From assembly GCF_018350175.1 (NCBI RefSeq), contig NC_058368.1:66280001-66344000 (forward strand): DNA of 64,000 nucleotides. Reading direction: 5' to 3'. A program made the position numbers and the translations under genes. The DNA comes from Felis catus (Eukaryota). The notes beneath the pieces were generated by a model. The model saw only the letters and a list, made by a program, of their open reading frames with translations. It was not told the origin of the DNA and did not search any database. Shown piece after piece: positions 49,701-64,000 of the stretch (positions are counted from its first letter, which is position 1; each line of letters opens with the position of its first letter).

Positions 49701-51458
49701 TACAGAGCCAGGCTGATGAAATCTACACATCTATGTAAATTCAGCAAAATGATCTTAAAACTCATAAACAAAGGGCATATAAAATAATCATTTAGCCAGG
49801 CCAAGAAGGTTAAGGTCTCTTCGTCTCCACTCTCAAAATACGCTTTGTTCAGTTCCTTGTAATTCTTCCCTACTAACCATTTGGGAGAAGATGTTAAGGT
49901 GTTCTGCTCTTTAAGGAAGGCAAACGCTTCAAGGGAAAAAAATCATCTTCTCAAGCAAATGGAACGAATTTGCTTTTATTGAAGAAACAATTTTAAGACG
50001 TATGCAAAACATCTGACAGATATTCTGGAACCAAGCTGCATAAGCATTGGGAGTAAATTTTTAAAACCTTAAAACTGACATGGTAGCTGGCTTTTGAAAA
50101 TTGAAGCCAGTGAAAAGCAGCCAAAGCTGAAACTGATGAGTTGACTTGATTCAATATAACCCGAAATTCTCTTCACGGAGTCCTGAGCCTGCCCAGGGAC
50201 CCATGTGGAGTTTGCCAGACAACTTGGCCAAGGGATCATTGTAATCAGTCTTTAGGGGGAAAAAAGCATGAGTCAGGGAGCAAAGAAAAAGAGAGGAAGA
50301 GAGAGGGGAAGGAAGAGAGAGAAGGAGGGGTGGGTGAAAGAACACAAGAAAAGAGCAGATTGTTCTGAGACATTAGGATGAAAACATGTTTTCTTAAAAA
50401 AATCAATCCATAAAGAGAGCTGGCAAACTAATAAAACAAAAGAAAAAGAAAAAGCCTTGATATTTAAAATGTTTGTGTAATGAGCACAGTAATTTTATAT
50501 ATCAAAAGAAAGAAGTCGTTATTAAAAGTTTTCGGTTTATATTCAGGAAAAGTCTTCGTGGGATATTAGCAGAATGCAAAAAACATTGTGAAATGAGGCT
50601 CTAGGATGTCAGTTTAATCTTGTGTCATGGTGATGATATGGCTTTTCTGGCTATGACTCTTAATAAACTGGGGTTTAAAAAAACATTTCAACTTATTCAC
50701 ATCTATTTACTAATGATAGGTGGACAACTCCTGCATGCCCATTTCTGTCTCCAGATTACACTTCTTTGAAAAAGGACCCCAACTCTGTGCTGACCCTAGA
50801 CAGTCAAGGACAGGGAGACCCTTCAACTGCAGCCACGGGCAAGTGGCAATGCTCAGAAAGGAATGCTTTGCAAACAGCCTGATTTGCCTTCCACTTTGCT
50901 ACAAGCAACAGCCATTGCTTGAGACCTGAGCCCAGTTTCCTCTAGAACCTGTGTCTCTTAACTCACCCACCATTAATCAGAGAGCCAAGCCTGACTATTA
51001 TATACACAGGGTCTTAAGCTCTCTAATTGGCTTTCCAAGCACAGTGGGTAGCTGTTATCAAGCGATCAAGGAACAGGGTTTTTTTTTTTTTTGTTTTATT
51101 TATCAGTTTAAACAAAGTTGTTGATTTGGTTTTGCTTTAAGTTGGCACAGTAAACGGAATAAGGGAAATAACAAATGAGTTTTTTACACAGACCCATGAT
51201 TCATTGTTTTTCCTGAAGTCCAAAGAAAGAATTGTTAGGCTGATTCTGGAGAGATAATGATTCTTTGTGATAAAGTATATAAAATACATAGCACAGGGTC
51301 TGGCCCATCATGGACATTCAGTAAGTGAAAGCTCTCTTTTCCTTTCCAGTCTTGTCTTACAGAAATCTGTCGCTAATTGCCTTCTATAAATGTTTGCAAA
51401 AGGGTGAAATTATAACTAAAAATTTTATTTATCCATAAGCTTTCATTCCCAGGGTTTT

Positions 51459-51460
<2 letters not shown>

Positions 51461-51496
<36 letters not shown>
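51461..51496. repeat. (GTT)n microsatellite
   Basis: About 12 GTT units followed by a T-rich run. Confidence 0.95.
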
Positions 51497-51497
<1 letters not shown>

Positions 51498-51551
51498 GGG
51501 GGTTTTTTTTGTTTTTTTTGTTTTTGTTTTTTTAAGAAAAGCATGTACTGT

Positions 51552-51773
51552 GGGGCTCCTGGGTGGCTCATTCATTTAAGCATCTGACTCTTGGTTTCAG
51601 CTTAGGTCATGATCTCACAGTTCATGGATTCAAGCCCCACAATGGGCTCTTCTCTGACAGTCTGAGGCCTGTTTGGGATTCTCTCTCTCCCTGTCTCTCT
51701 GCCCTTCCCCTGCTCATGCTCTCTCTTTCTCAAAATAAATAAACTAAAAAAAAAACAAAAAAACAAAAAAAAA
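51552..51773 (+). mobile_element. Can-SINE
   Basis: SINEC head and body with an A-rich tail. Confidence 0.93.
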
Positions 51774-52983
51774 CACATACTGTGTGCTAGGAACTCTTGC
51801 AGATTCTGGGATTCAGCAATGAACAAAATATTTAAGATCCAATTCTTCATGAAAGATTACCCATGCATCACTCTGCATAATCCATAGATTTGATTTGTTA
51901 TCCATTATTGTGCTATTTAATTGCTAAAATATTACTTCAATAATATACCTTTCTATGCCTCATATTTTTAGTGTCTTTTCAAAGCATCATATCATTCTGT
52001 CTTCCCAGCAGCCATGAGAATGGGGGAGAATATGTTACTCCAAGGTCATACAGGTTTAAGGAGAAAGTCTAGACTCTCGTTCATGGCCTTTCTCTTAGGC
52101 CACAGCTGTCTCTCATGAAAACAATGAGACATACTTGGACAAAACATATGTAAAGCCCATGCAGATATGATAGCTTCTGTTTCCTTGGGAACGACTGGGA
52201 TAGATTTGAATTCCCCAAGTGGTCATCTAACAAACAGTTCACTCATCAACACTGTAATTTAAATTAGAATCTCGTAAGTAAATAAAACATTACTTACTCT
52301 CAAAACACCAAGTCCAAATAAATCTAGGTAGCATTAACTGCCACCCATATTAATATGAAAGATTAGAGTTCTGTCTGCAAATTTTCAGAACGATATATGG
52401 GAATAGCAACATCCCACCACAATAAGAACCCACTGAGCAGAAACTGAGAAGATAGAATTTTTTTAAAAACATAGGAGCCGAGACAGGATTGATCGGCAGC
52501 CGCTGCTTATCAGGTCACCAGTAATGACTTTTGTGGATGTATAATCAACCTGCAGAAGACAAAGAGATATAGGTATAAAGCTACGGGTGCTTCTGGAAAA
52601 GTGCATACCATGTTGTTTTATTTTAAGGGAAATATGTTAAGACGCTGAGATGTCCTTAAGGGAAAACAGCTTATATTTTAAAACCTAAGACACGGCACTC
52701 AAACCTGTTATCACCACACCTTCCTCTCTTTCTCACCTCTCGGAAACAATAAAATGTCTCTTCTTTCAGAACTTTGTAGCTTTAACGTCAGCGTCTTTAA
52801 TCTCAGAACGCCAGCATACTTCTGAGACATTATTTTAGTAATCTTCTTAAGAGAGAGAATTCATAAGGCAGATATGTTCCCCAAACCCACAGGTTTTGCA
52901 AGCCCACTAAGCACAAAGGAAAATTCTGTTGTACATTTGTGGTACCTGTCTACACTGGGACTGCCAGCTACTTTTCCAAATTA

Positions 52984-53448
52984 CAGCGGTCCCCCTTATC
53001 CATGGTTTTGCTTTCCATGGTTTCAGTTTTTCAGTTACCTGCACTCAAATGTGATCCCAAAGCTGATGACCTTCCTTCTGACCTACCTTCCTCTGTTAGA
53101 AGGCCACCACCAGTCTAACACCATGTCACAGCGTCTGCGTCACTCATCCCACTTCATCTCTTGTAGGCATTTTATCCTCTCACCTCATCACAGGAAGAAG
53201 AGTGATACAGTAACAGTAAGATATTTTAAGGGGGGGTTCCATGTTCACATAACTTTTATGATGGTCTTTCGTTACAATTGTTCAATTTTATCGTCTCTTA
53301 TTGTTGTTTATCTCTTACTGTGCCTAATTTATAAATTAAACTTTATCATAAGTACATACATATAGGGAAAAATGTATATATAAGATTTGATTCTATTTAT
53401 GGTTTCAGGCATTCACTAGAGGTCTTGGAACATATCCCCCATGGACTG
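52984..53448 (+). mobile_element. MER44/Tigger7-like TcMar DNA transposon
   Basis: TA|cagcggtcccccttatccatggttttgctttcc...gtcttggaacatatcccccatggactg|TA; TA on both sides. Confidence 0.85.
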
Positions 53449-53654
53449 TATCTAATTATCTATTACAGCATCCCTTGGAGGAAGACAGGCAGATGATACT
53501 GATTCTGTTTCTTCAAGGATTAAAGCTTATGATTTGTTCCACAAATGTGGCTTACCTACAACTGTGCTCTCTAGAAACTTCTCTTCTGTTGTAAAGAAAA
53601 AACCGTTAGTGACTTAAAACAGTATTTCTTCCCTTGAATTAAAGGTAGTGGGGG

Positions 53655-53848
53655 GGAGGCACCTGGGTGGCTCAGTCAGTTAAGCATCTAACTCTTGATT
53701 TTGGCTCAGGTCACGATCTCACGGATTGTGAGATCAAACTCTGCGCTCTTAGCTCAGAGCCTGCTTGGGATTCTCTTCCCTCCTTCTCTGCACCTCCCCC
53801 ATGTTCTCTCTTTCTCTCAAAATAAATAAATAAACTGTGAAAAGATAA
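53655..53848 (+). mobile_element. Can-SINE abutting an L1 fragment
   Basis: ggcacctgggtggctcagtcagttaag head and aataaataaataaa tail. Confidence 0.92.
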
Positions 53849-53865
53849 AAAGGCAGCAAGGGGTG

Positions 53866-54600
53866 CAGGCATTGTTGGCGGGAATGTAAATTGGTGAAGC
53901 CTCTATAGACAATACAGAAGTTTCTTAAAAAATTAAAAGTAGAACTACCATGCAGTCCAAGAATTTCCCTTCTGGACATTTATACAAAGAAAATAAAGAC
54001 ACCAATTTGAAAAAATATACATACCCCTATGTTCATCACAGCACAATAGCTGAGATATGGAAGCAACCCAACTGTTCCTCAAGAGAAGAATGGATAAAGA
54101 AGTTGAGTGATGGAATATTACTCAGCCATTAAAAAGAATGAGATCTTGCACTTGCCACAACACGGATGGCCCCAGAGGGATTATGCTAAGTGAAATAAGT
54201 CAGACAGAGAAAGACAAATACAACCATATTATTTCACTTATACGTGCAATCTAAAAAACCAAAGAAGACAAAACAGAGGCTGATAGAAAGAAGAAATACA
54301 GTTGCTAGAAGGGAGGAGAGTGTAATAGGGGAAGAGGCTTGAGATGTGCAGACTACCAGTTATAAAATAAATAAGTCACAGGGTTGTAAAAGACAGCACA
54401 GGGAATATAGTCAATAATATTGTAATAATTTTCTATAGTGACAGATGGTAACTAGAACTATTGAGGTGATCATTTTGTAATGTATAAAAATATCGATTCA
54501 CTATGTTATATACCTGAAAGGAATATAATATTGTATGCAAATAAAATTCAACTTTAAAAACTTGTTTCATCTAAAAGGAAAAAGAAAAAAGAAAAAAAAA
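53866..54600 (+). mobile_element. 5'-truncated L1 (ORF2 end, 3' UTR, A tail)
   Basis: cattgttggcgggaatgtaaattggtg...tatgctaagtgaaataagtcagacagagaaagacaaatac...A-rich tail at 54573-54600. Confidence 0.9.
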
Positions 54601-57540
54601 CGTAGTGGAGGTGGAATGGAGTCACAAACACCTCTAAATAGATGCATCTAATCTAAGTGTTACATCTGAATCACTTCTCTGGGTTGGTTAGAACACCCTT
54701 CACAGCATATCCTGGGGTGTGTTCCCTAGAACACCCATCTTGTGAGAATCTCCTGTGCCCTCTGAGGAGCCAGAGGCCAAATAATTTGGGAAACACTGCA
54801 AGTGACCTCCTCTCTTTTGATGAGTCAGAACACGCAATCACATGGCAAAGGTCTACTATGTACCTAAGTACCTAATTTAACTTTGACACATGGAATTTAC
54901 TGCATATGTAACAACTGTTAACAACCCTTGGAAGTGATGTTTTGTGGAAAACATTTAAGAAACATCAGCCCAGACATTTTTTCCCCCTCAAATCTACTGA
55001 CTCAAAAAACAAAACTTCTAGAAAGAAACCGATTGTAGAATAACATAATTAGCTAATTAATTGTCAAGCACTAACTTTTCCAAACACCGTCTTCTAGTTT
55101 CCTGCCTTATGTATTGCATTTTATCATCGCGGCCTATCTATATGGTGAATAATAGTATTATTCCCGTCTGACAGAGTAGGAGACTCAAGTTCAGGGAGGA
55201 CCCTGAATGTTGGCATGGCACTGGGCTGTCCTCAGCCCTACCTGCCACCTGGCTACATGCTTGCCCTTGGTGAGTGCAACAAGGCTTTAAATTTCGCCTT
55301 AGGCTGATGATCCAAATCTACACCTCTGCCCTGACCACTCCTCTGAATCGAATTCTCATGTAACCTAACCTCATTTAGCCTCTCACTTAACTGACTCACA
55401 TTATTCTCCTCTTTCTTCCCTTATTCCAAATGTAATATACTGGGGTACTCAGACCACCAGGTAAAAGGCTTATTGGTCCTTTATAATGACGTAGCCTTGG
55501 GCCTCGTGAGCCACACAACTTTGTCTAACTAGACCGCTGCTATCGCAAGCTCAGAAAATTGTCTGAGACGGTACAAATGTCCCGCACAAGACCTCCTTTT
55601 GTCAACCATCCCATGAACCCCATGTTTGAGAAACATGTTGTCTCACTAACAGGTTGCATGGGTCAGAAACAGAATCACTGATTTTCACCATATTGTTCAT
55701 CTCAGTAACATGATGGATATATGTTGTTTAAGATATAATCGCTGCATTGAGAATCAGGCAGGGGATTTTAATCACTCCCGAGCAGTGACAGGGTGAATGG
55801 GTGCTCTGGTCTCCTTTGCAACTGTTCCTTTCCGGTTTCTTGAAATTCCGAAAACCAGCCCTTGACCCCTGGGCATGGCCCCTCTACGTGGAAGGGTCTC
55901 TTTCTGGCATTTCCTTTTTTCCTAAGGGTAAAATAGAATCTGTGTTGAAGGACCTTCAAGATTCATATCGTGACATATTGCAATGGATTTTTCTGTAGGT
56001 CTCCAGCTGATGACGGGGTGAGATGTGGCTTCTGTCATAATTACAAGTCAGTATTTTCTTCAGTTTGGGTCCTAGTCTCAGCAATTTCTGCACTGAAGCC
56101 ACCTTAAAAATAGAAATAGCAAAAAGCTACTGGGCTATGTTGACTTACTCATGTTCTGTGATTATAATTAACACTCTCAAAAAAAAAATCAAACAAGTGG
56201 TAAGGTTTTCTGTTATGATGAAATATCTCCCCTGGGGCCCTAATATTCTGTCAGGGCATTTCTTGCTCCTTTGATTTAATTTAAACCAGTGAGCCAGATT
56301 TTTCCCAAAGGGCAAATTAAGAAGGTCTGTTAACTCTTTCAGTGCCCTGCTTCAAGAAATTCCAGCAAGGCCATTAGCCATTTTGCCCTAGGCTTTACAC
56401 TTTCTAAAAGTCAGCTGTCATATTCAAAGGGATCCAGAATAGCACACTCAACAAAACCCTGGAGCTTTGGAAATGTTAATACCCTCCATCAGCAATGACC
56501 TTGCCACTGGGAAGTGATTGAGGCACTAGGGAGAAAAGGGCCCACTATCTTTATCACATGAGTTTACACCATCAACTTCAGAAATTGTGTGAGAGAAGAA
56601 TAATCAATAGTGTGTTAAGACCAGTCTGGAAGAATGGCAAGACAAAGTGCGTCCACTCTGCAAAATGCTGAGCCGAAGGAGAACTTTTGAATACAACAGA
56701 AGAGGAATTAGCTGTAGTGGTGGAACTGAATGAATTGTGCCTGGAGATGGGATTTGTCATTGGGAGTGGCACTGGAGAGCTGCGTACTTCAGTAGAATCC
56801 CATAGTATGCTTGATGAAAAATGCTTATTTTAGAGTTAACGCAGAATCAAGTAACAAAACCGAAAGGAATACGTTCTAAACATACCCGGGCAGGTTAAGA
56901 ATTAGCTGACGTAGAGATAGTCCCAGAAAGCTGGCCCAAATAAGTATCTAGAAGTAGAATCACCTCCTGTGTAAAAATGGAAGAAAAGTGAAGGTAAACT
57001 TCATCAGAACTTCCTGAAAATGTTGCTATAGTTTCTGTAATTCTAGTGAAGGGATCATCTGATAACCAGCAGATAGTACCCAGCTTCTAAAAACAGCCAA
57101 AAAGAAGCGTCCTCACCCCACTGTGAGTGAAATCACTGTGGGAAAGAGCCGGCTGCTCGGTCCCTAAGATCATTACAATGAAATGTTTGATTTCCCACAG
57201 CAAACCTAATTGTGACACGAACAGCTGTCAACAACAAAATTAGAGAGAACTATCATTACAGGGATTTCACCACATGGGCTTGTCCTATTTCCACACCATT
57301 GCTCCAGAGAGAGTTTTCAAAGAACTCTTCCAGTAGAGGTTTTCATTATTCAGAGGGGAGTCACTCAACGTTATTTGGCCTTATATGCTCTACAGGAAAT
57401 ACACTTGTCACCATAACAGGAATCCCAAACGGATATTTACTGAATGCCAAATGCAAGTACGTGAAAATGTCTCGGACGCAATTCATTCAATCCTGAAACC
57501 ATCCTGTGATGTAACGATTATAATTCCTTTTTTTTTAATA

Positions 57541-58082
57541 CGGTCAGTGTTTGTTATTTGTGGTATTTATGTTTCAGAAAGTTGCTACAAATATTGAATT
57601 AGCAAATACTGAACTGATGGAGACACAGGGCTAGGCACCTGCAGGCTTTTAGTCACCTTTTGGTCAACCAACCAATACATAACCTTATTTAAGTTTATAT
57701 TTATTTATACTATAACTCCTGCCTGAACAAAGTTTATCTAAGACACATACTTTCTCCATTTGGCACGTCACAGCCCCTTGTGCTCAGGACACTAAACCCT
57801 AAGCTTGGGGGGCATTTTAAACAGGGAAGTTGCCAAGTAAAAGCACAAAAATGTGAAAAACGTGGCACTAAATAGGCCACAGAAACGACACTTGTTTTCA
57901 GCATGAGAGCTCAGCCGAGAAGGCAGAGTGTCACCTTCTTCGGCCTCATCTGGGTACATGCATATAGGGCCACTCTGCCCATGTCTGCAGAAGCACATGA
58001 CTATTGAATTTGGACTTACACAGTAATTTTGCGAGTAGGCAAATTCACAAATAGAAAATCGGTAAATAATGAGGATTGACTG
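57541..58082 (-). mobile_element. Tigger-family (MER82-like) non-autonomous DNA transposon
   Basis: Degenerate TIRs: CGGTCAGTGTTTGTTATTT versus reverse complement of the right end CAGTCAATCCTCATTATTT. TA on both sides; relic transposase start (MPPK...) on the minus strand. Confidence 0.82.
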
Positions 58083-58232
58083 TATATATTGAAAATAAGA
58101 GTCAGGCCACCCCATATCTGTCTAGTCAATTCTTTCTGTTGTATTAGTGGTTGTAGTTGTTTAAGTTTAGAGATACATTGCATGCTTCTACACCAAGATC
58201 TTAGAAAGAATCTCATTGTGTAACTTCCTTGA

Positions 58233-58475
<243 letters not shown>

Positions 58476-59794
58476 TGAAAAAGTTGGTTGTAAAAATCAT
58501 CTCATTCTTGTATCTGCTCCTGGTCTTAATTAGAATATTGAAAAATAATGAGATCTTCCCTTTAGGTCATGAATTAGATTATTTAAGGCATCTTATCACT
58601 ATTAATCCACTCATGCAGTGGCCAAATTTTCAACTTCATATTTCTTCTGCAATATTAATCTGAAGACTAAGTTACTATATCTTCCAGAGATATAATTACA
58701 ATAGTGCATTTCTTATTCCTCTGCTTCTGTTATTTATTCAGTTATGAAACAGTGTGATTTTACTATGCATTCTCGTGTATAAAGTTTTCTGTTTGAAAGA
58801 CCTTGCCAAGAGACCCCGAGTCAATGTTACTACCATTTTCTCTTTATTGTGTGTCTTTAAAAAGTTGGAATCCTTAGAAACAATCACTCTTTGATCCACT
58901 TAAATGTGTGTCAGGGGACCGAAAGATATCTACCAGCAAAGCAATTTACTTGGAGAATACAACCATGAGCATAGTAAACACAATTTTTAATGTGTTTTAA
59001 AAATCAAGTTTTGTTGTAAAAAATTAAAAGCTCATAATTTCAAAGAAATCCACCCAATTATTTTCAATGTAATTTATAGCACCATGAACAATTTATATAC
59101 CTGTAATTTTTAGTGTTGTTAATGTTATTTTGCCAATTATCTTGATGTAAAACTAACAGATAAAAACCCTAAGGTCATAAAATACTTGAACCACATCTGA
59201 TTATGTCATATAAACTCAGATCTCAAGGGATTTCTGGTTATGAAAATACTTTTATTAGTCACTGTTAGAAATTACTTTATCATTTTAGTTAATATCCTTC
59301 TACAGTGTAGAACTCCTAAGATTAAATTGGTTGAGTTTGGCCTCCAAGTAAATGCATCTCAGCATCTCTGTCTATAAAAATCATATGTACTTACAACATA
59401 AAGCCCTAGTCACAAAACGCCAAAGTGAAGGGGCAAGTGAAGTGAGTAGCCGCTGAATTACGTTATAAATTTATTACTGTTTGTTAGCAAATAAAACCCC
59501 TCCTAAAATTACTCACCTTTCTTCTTTTAAACAACCAGTTAGATTCCCCTGAACAACTAGCCAATTGTTTTAAAGACATGATGGTTACCGTTAGATTCCA
59601 TTTTCGAGTTTTCACGTTACAAACTTCCGTATGTTAGGATCCTTTTAACCAAAGCACAAATGGTGAGTACGGATTTGAATTCTCTTTCTTTTTTTTTCTT
59701 TTTTTTTTTTTCCATTTTAGTTGGCTCTAACTTAGTTATTGGAGTAATTCAAGCTTTTTGGAATTTTCATAAACTCTCATTTAAGAACTGGGGC

Positions 59795-59940
59795 ACAGGT
59801 TAAGATGAATAAGTTCTAGCGATCTACTGCACAACATCGCACCCACAGATAACAATTCTGTGTTGTGCACTTAAAAATCTGTTAAGAGGGTACCCCTCAC
59901 GTTAAGTGTTCTTAGCACAATAAGGTAAAATTTAAAAACA
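59795..59940 (+). mobile_element. Short old L1 3' terminus
   Basis: gaataagttctagcgatctactgcacaacat...cacttaaaaatctgttaagagggta...ttaagtgttcttagcacaataa. Confidence 0.7.
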
Positions 59941-62900
59941 ATTTGGGAACATTATGCACTTAGTTAAATTTGCATGGAATTGGATCCATACAATGATATC
60001 TATGAGTACTAAGTAATGTTTTTCCCGTTGAAACAGAAGCACAGTTTTCTCTCCTCTCCAAGAGAAATAAACACACACAAAACAAACACACACTCAAACA
60101 GGGGAAGTAGAGCAAGAAAAACATTTTTCTCGAGACAGCAGTATGCGTGCAATGTAGTACAGCCTAAATAAAGCGTCCGTGCCTTGCGACGTTCACATGA
60201 TGTTTCACATCTGATAGAAAATAAAACTGGAATTTGAACCCTTTATAAAGGAAATTCATTGATGACCATCAAAATGCCCCAAATGTAAATGTCTTAAAGA
60301 GTATTGTCAAATAGCAAGCTGTTTCATGCACCCCCCAAAAATGTATTTTAATCAATTTTTTTCTGAAAAGAACTCATAATGGTGAATCGTATGAACATGA
60401 GTAAAAACCAAGGACCAGACAGACTGCATAAGGACCAAATTCAGTGCATAGGAATTCAAATCAATAAATCGGTTTTATTCTAAAATGTTCTCTGACAGCA
60501 CATGCTTAGCTCCTCATAGGTGTGACTTTAGGCTCTGTAAGGGAGAATGGCAGGTTTATAAATGTTTTATTGAGTTAAATTCCCAAATTCTAAGAATTAA
60601 CAATTTGTAATTCACAGCCAGCCATTAACCAACCTGGAGCTACATCCCAGTCCCTGAGGGCAACGGGCTGTTTCCACATCAAAAGGAACTATACAGGGTT
60701 ATTCTTGAGAAATACAAAGGAGGCCCAAAGCTAACATCGGAACTTTCCTTTGCAGCCCTTGGCGCCCCCAAGGCTTTCTTCCCTTTGAGGGTTCAGTGTA
60801 TTTCTGAATAGTGGATAGGTAAACCGGTTACCTTAGATGGACTGGTTGTATGACAACTTATATGTCAACAGTCAGACAAAATCTTCTCCAAGATACAAGC
60901 ACTGGTGAACTCTCTTGATGGGTCTGCCATATATTATAGCCTATTTTGACTGTTTATAAACAAGTCTCATGTCATCTACTCCTGTTTTAATTTTCTCCTG
61001 AAAAGATGTTTTCTGAATATTTATAAGAAGCATGTGTCCCAGAAAAGAAGGATAATTGGAAAAGACTTCCCTTAATTTCTCTAAGTGTTTCAGCAAAGAA
61101 AATGCTTCGAGGACAGCATCAAAAGAATATTCCAGTCACCCCCCTGCTTTTGCCGGAGTGAAAATAACTGTAAAGCTCTTGGAGATTTGCTTCTTACTAG
61201 CACTTAAAATGAGTACCTCTGTTAATTAACTTTGGGATCTTTTGGTACATGTTCTTATATCAGTTATGATAAAGCAATTTTTTTATGTGAACTGGCAATT
61301 ATGGGGTTTATTTTAGAAATAAAGCTCCTAACCCCAACCTGGGCAAGCTGTTGCTAGAATTTATATAAAATAATTAAAACAAAACTCTGTCTCAAAAATC
61401 CATCAGTTCCATCATTTAACCTCCATTAGATTTGTAGGGAACTTGTAAACTCTTTTATATCACTAGGACACATTTCCCTTTGTTCCTCTAAAGTTATATG
61501 GGCATAAAAGTCAGTCTAGGTAGTCAGTGACTTTCAGACATACTACCCTCAAGTTATTTTTATTATCCAATAAGGAATGAATGCGTTTGTATAAATTCAG
61601 CTGCTGATGGAAAACTGACTCATGAAAGACAATCACATTCCTTCCTGCCAACAGCCAGGATTTGATGAAGATACAAATGCCATCAGCTAATTTGGTTAAG
61701 AGATTGGTCGCATGGTCACATGTGTTTCCTGTTACCAGTCCCCACCCTAGTGTCTCTCTATCCCGACCTCCTGTTACTGATTTTCAATTAAGTAGGCCAG
61801 AGGTGGTTATTTGCAAAAGATTGGTTTTCTTCCTTTTTTTTCTTAAATTTACACTTCATGAATTCTCTGACATAATTTGACGTGAAACTATAAATGTTTT
61901 TAAAGAAACTTCCACTGGAATGTCACTGGGGGTACAGATTATAAAAATGCATCAACCAAAAGCGGTCAAGTTTGTAGATCTGAGAATACAGAGATACTTC
62001 AGAGTATCGTCTGTGAAAGACAATTAATTGTACAGTGCAGAAAATCGAGCACAACGTGCTCTGTAGCTCCTGGACACGCAGGGCAGGGAGTGTCTGTCAT
62101 GCACTCCAGCTAATGCATCAGAGCAAAATATACTTTAAATCGTGTGTCTTAGAGGAATATATTTTATAAAAGTAGATTTAAAAGGAAAAAAAAAAAACAG
62201 ACGTGGAAGTTAATCCATCAAGTTGGCGATGGTTTAGAAAAATGAACCTCCAGTAAGTATTCAACATCGCACTGTGTGTACAGGCCTCTCAGATATTCTT
62301 CTGGTCATTCTGTGGGAGTTTGGAGGGGGGGGGGGCGGGGTGGTGGAATACCAGCCTACAAAGTGAAACGTTGTACCTATGCTGTGCTATTATGTATAGA
62401 ATAATCTCTCTTTCTTTTTCCTTTAAATTTGTTTTCCTCTTGCTTCCCAGAGGATTGTGTGGAGGACAATGCAACATAGTGTAAGCTTTGGTCTTCTTTT
62501 TTCTTACACTCATCCTCATTTGTCTTTGTATGGTCATTCCAGAGAGCTCTTGAGAAATTCCTCCTCCTCTTCCCCTTTCCAAATTGTCTGGAGTGTGTTG
62601 AACACTGCACATGACCCGCGGGTTTAGCCGCTTTCCTCTCTGCCTGGTATTTATGGTGAATAACCATTTTGGTATTCTCTCCCAATGGCAAGGTTTTCAA
62701 TCTTAGCTTTGTGTTCGACTAACTCGTTTGGTGGCTGATTTAAATTCTATCCCAATGTTCAGACTATGTGTAGTCTGCCTGAAAAACTAGCTCTTCCCTG
62801 ATAGAATATATTGGCTTTTTTCTTCTTGTGCTGAGCGAATAATTACCTCGCTGATAATAACAACAAACCAACATCAGCTCTCATGCATAAGGAGCTAATT

Positions 62901-64000
62901 TTTCCATCGGCGAACACAGAGAACTTAGGGGGTTAAGAAATAGTTTGTGGTGTAGGTTGTTTACTCTTTTTTTTCCTTCCTTCTTGAAGTTACTGATGTC
63001 TCTTAGAGCATCGGAACGCTGGATATTTTTTACTACAAAGTGGTTTTTGTTGGGGCTGAGGACAGCACACCCAGGTTATCTTACCTGACTTTCTATATTA
63101 ACCATAATAATCAGATAGTTAAGTTCTCTAATCTGGTTTTCATACTAGCATCCCATACTGATAATACCTTTTAATAAAGTGCTGAACCCTGTGTAGCATT
63201 GTGGACCCAGGAGTGAAAAGGACCGTCCCCTGATGGGCACATGTTTATCCATGCAGCACGCCTATGACATCGTGGTGCTCCCTGCCTGCCTGGCCTTCAA
63301 TTCAGGCCTGAATTGCTCTGTTAAAATTCATTTCTTTAAAAGGAAATTGTCCCCTGAGTAGTATTCCCATTTGTCATCACAAACTGAGCCCAGGGCAGTT
63401 GGAATGAGAAAAAGAAAGTTAGGAGGTAAATCTGGAACAGGACCACTCTGGAAGAGGAGACCTTAAAGAAGGAACAGTGAAGACAGATGGCTTAAGGCCT
63501 CCTGATGTTAAATGGAGAGTGAGGGGAGAAAACATCATGGGTAGGACAGGTCAGGGTTTTATTAGTTTGGCTCATTTGATAAAATTAGGGTAGCTCCAGC
63601 TCGGATGGTATGTGCCTACCTTTCCCAGCACATTCTCCTCATCGCTCCAGGTTTTCCAACCCATCTGATCTCCTTATCTGATGGTTAGCAGGGGCCTTGT
63701 GGCTTTCCCCCAAAGGGAATGACTTCCTCCAACATATTGGAAGGAAGGTAAATCATACTATCATCCTCCACCCCCACCCAGTCTGCAGGACTTCCCTGCT
63801 GGCATCCCATAATCTCCTGTAACTGAACCAAAAAAAAAAAAAAATCAGATATCCATTATTGTATATGATTCTTTCAAAAATACAGTGCTACTTTTGAAAT
63901 TCACCTGTTTGCTATTGGTGCTAAATATGATTTATTGACATTATTACATATAGATTTAAGAACTTATAAAATATCACGATATGTATGCACTTTATTTTGT

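Noticed and set aside
52874..53365. 163-aa ORF
   Set aside because: Lies mostly within a MER44/Tigger7-like fossil; no recognisable domain or splice context.
55873..55883. GCATGGCCCCT match to U6 snRNA
   Set aside because: Only 11 nt match, the flanks do not continue the U6 sequence, and there is no TSD or A tail.

Overview
Mammalian genomic DNA from a carnivore, very likely a felid given the diagnostic young cat-type Can-SINEs. The whole window lies inside the glypican-6 gene (GPC6) on the + strand. It contains two internal coding exons, 40067-40197 (131 nt) and 58254-58397 (144 nt), probably exons 5 and 6, separated by an 18,056-nt GT-AG intron. The rest is intron: about 24 tRNA-derived Can-SINEs, several LINE-1 fragments, L2 and MIR relics, MaLR LTRs, hAT and Tigger DNA-transposon fossils, and simple repeats. 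I found no prokaryotic-type system, CRISPR array or novel protein-coding gene, and almost all entries in the ORF track are repeat-derived or spurious. The most interesting points are retrotransposition mechanics (a 3.9-kb twin-primed inverted L1, a SINE+L1 composite at one target site, nested insertions), closely spaced inverted SINE pairs, and splicing options around the two exons. Repeat subfamily names come from recalled consensus sequences, not a database search, and the boundaries of old repeats are approximate.
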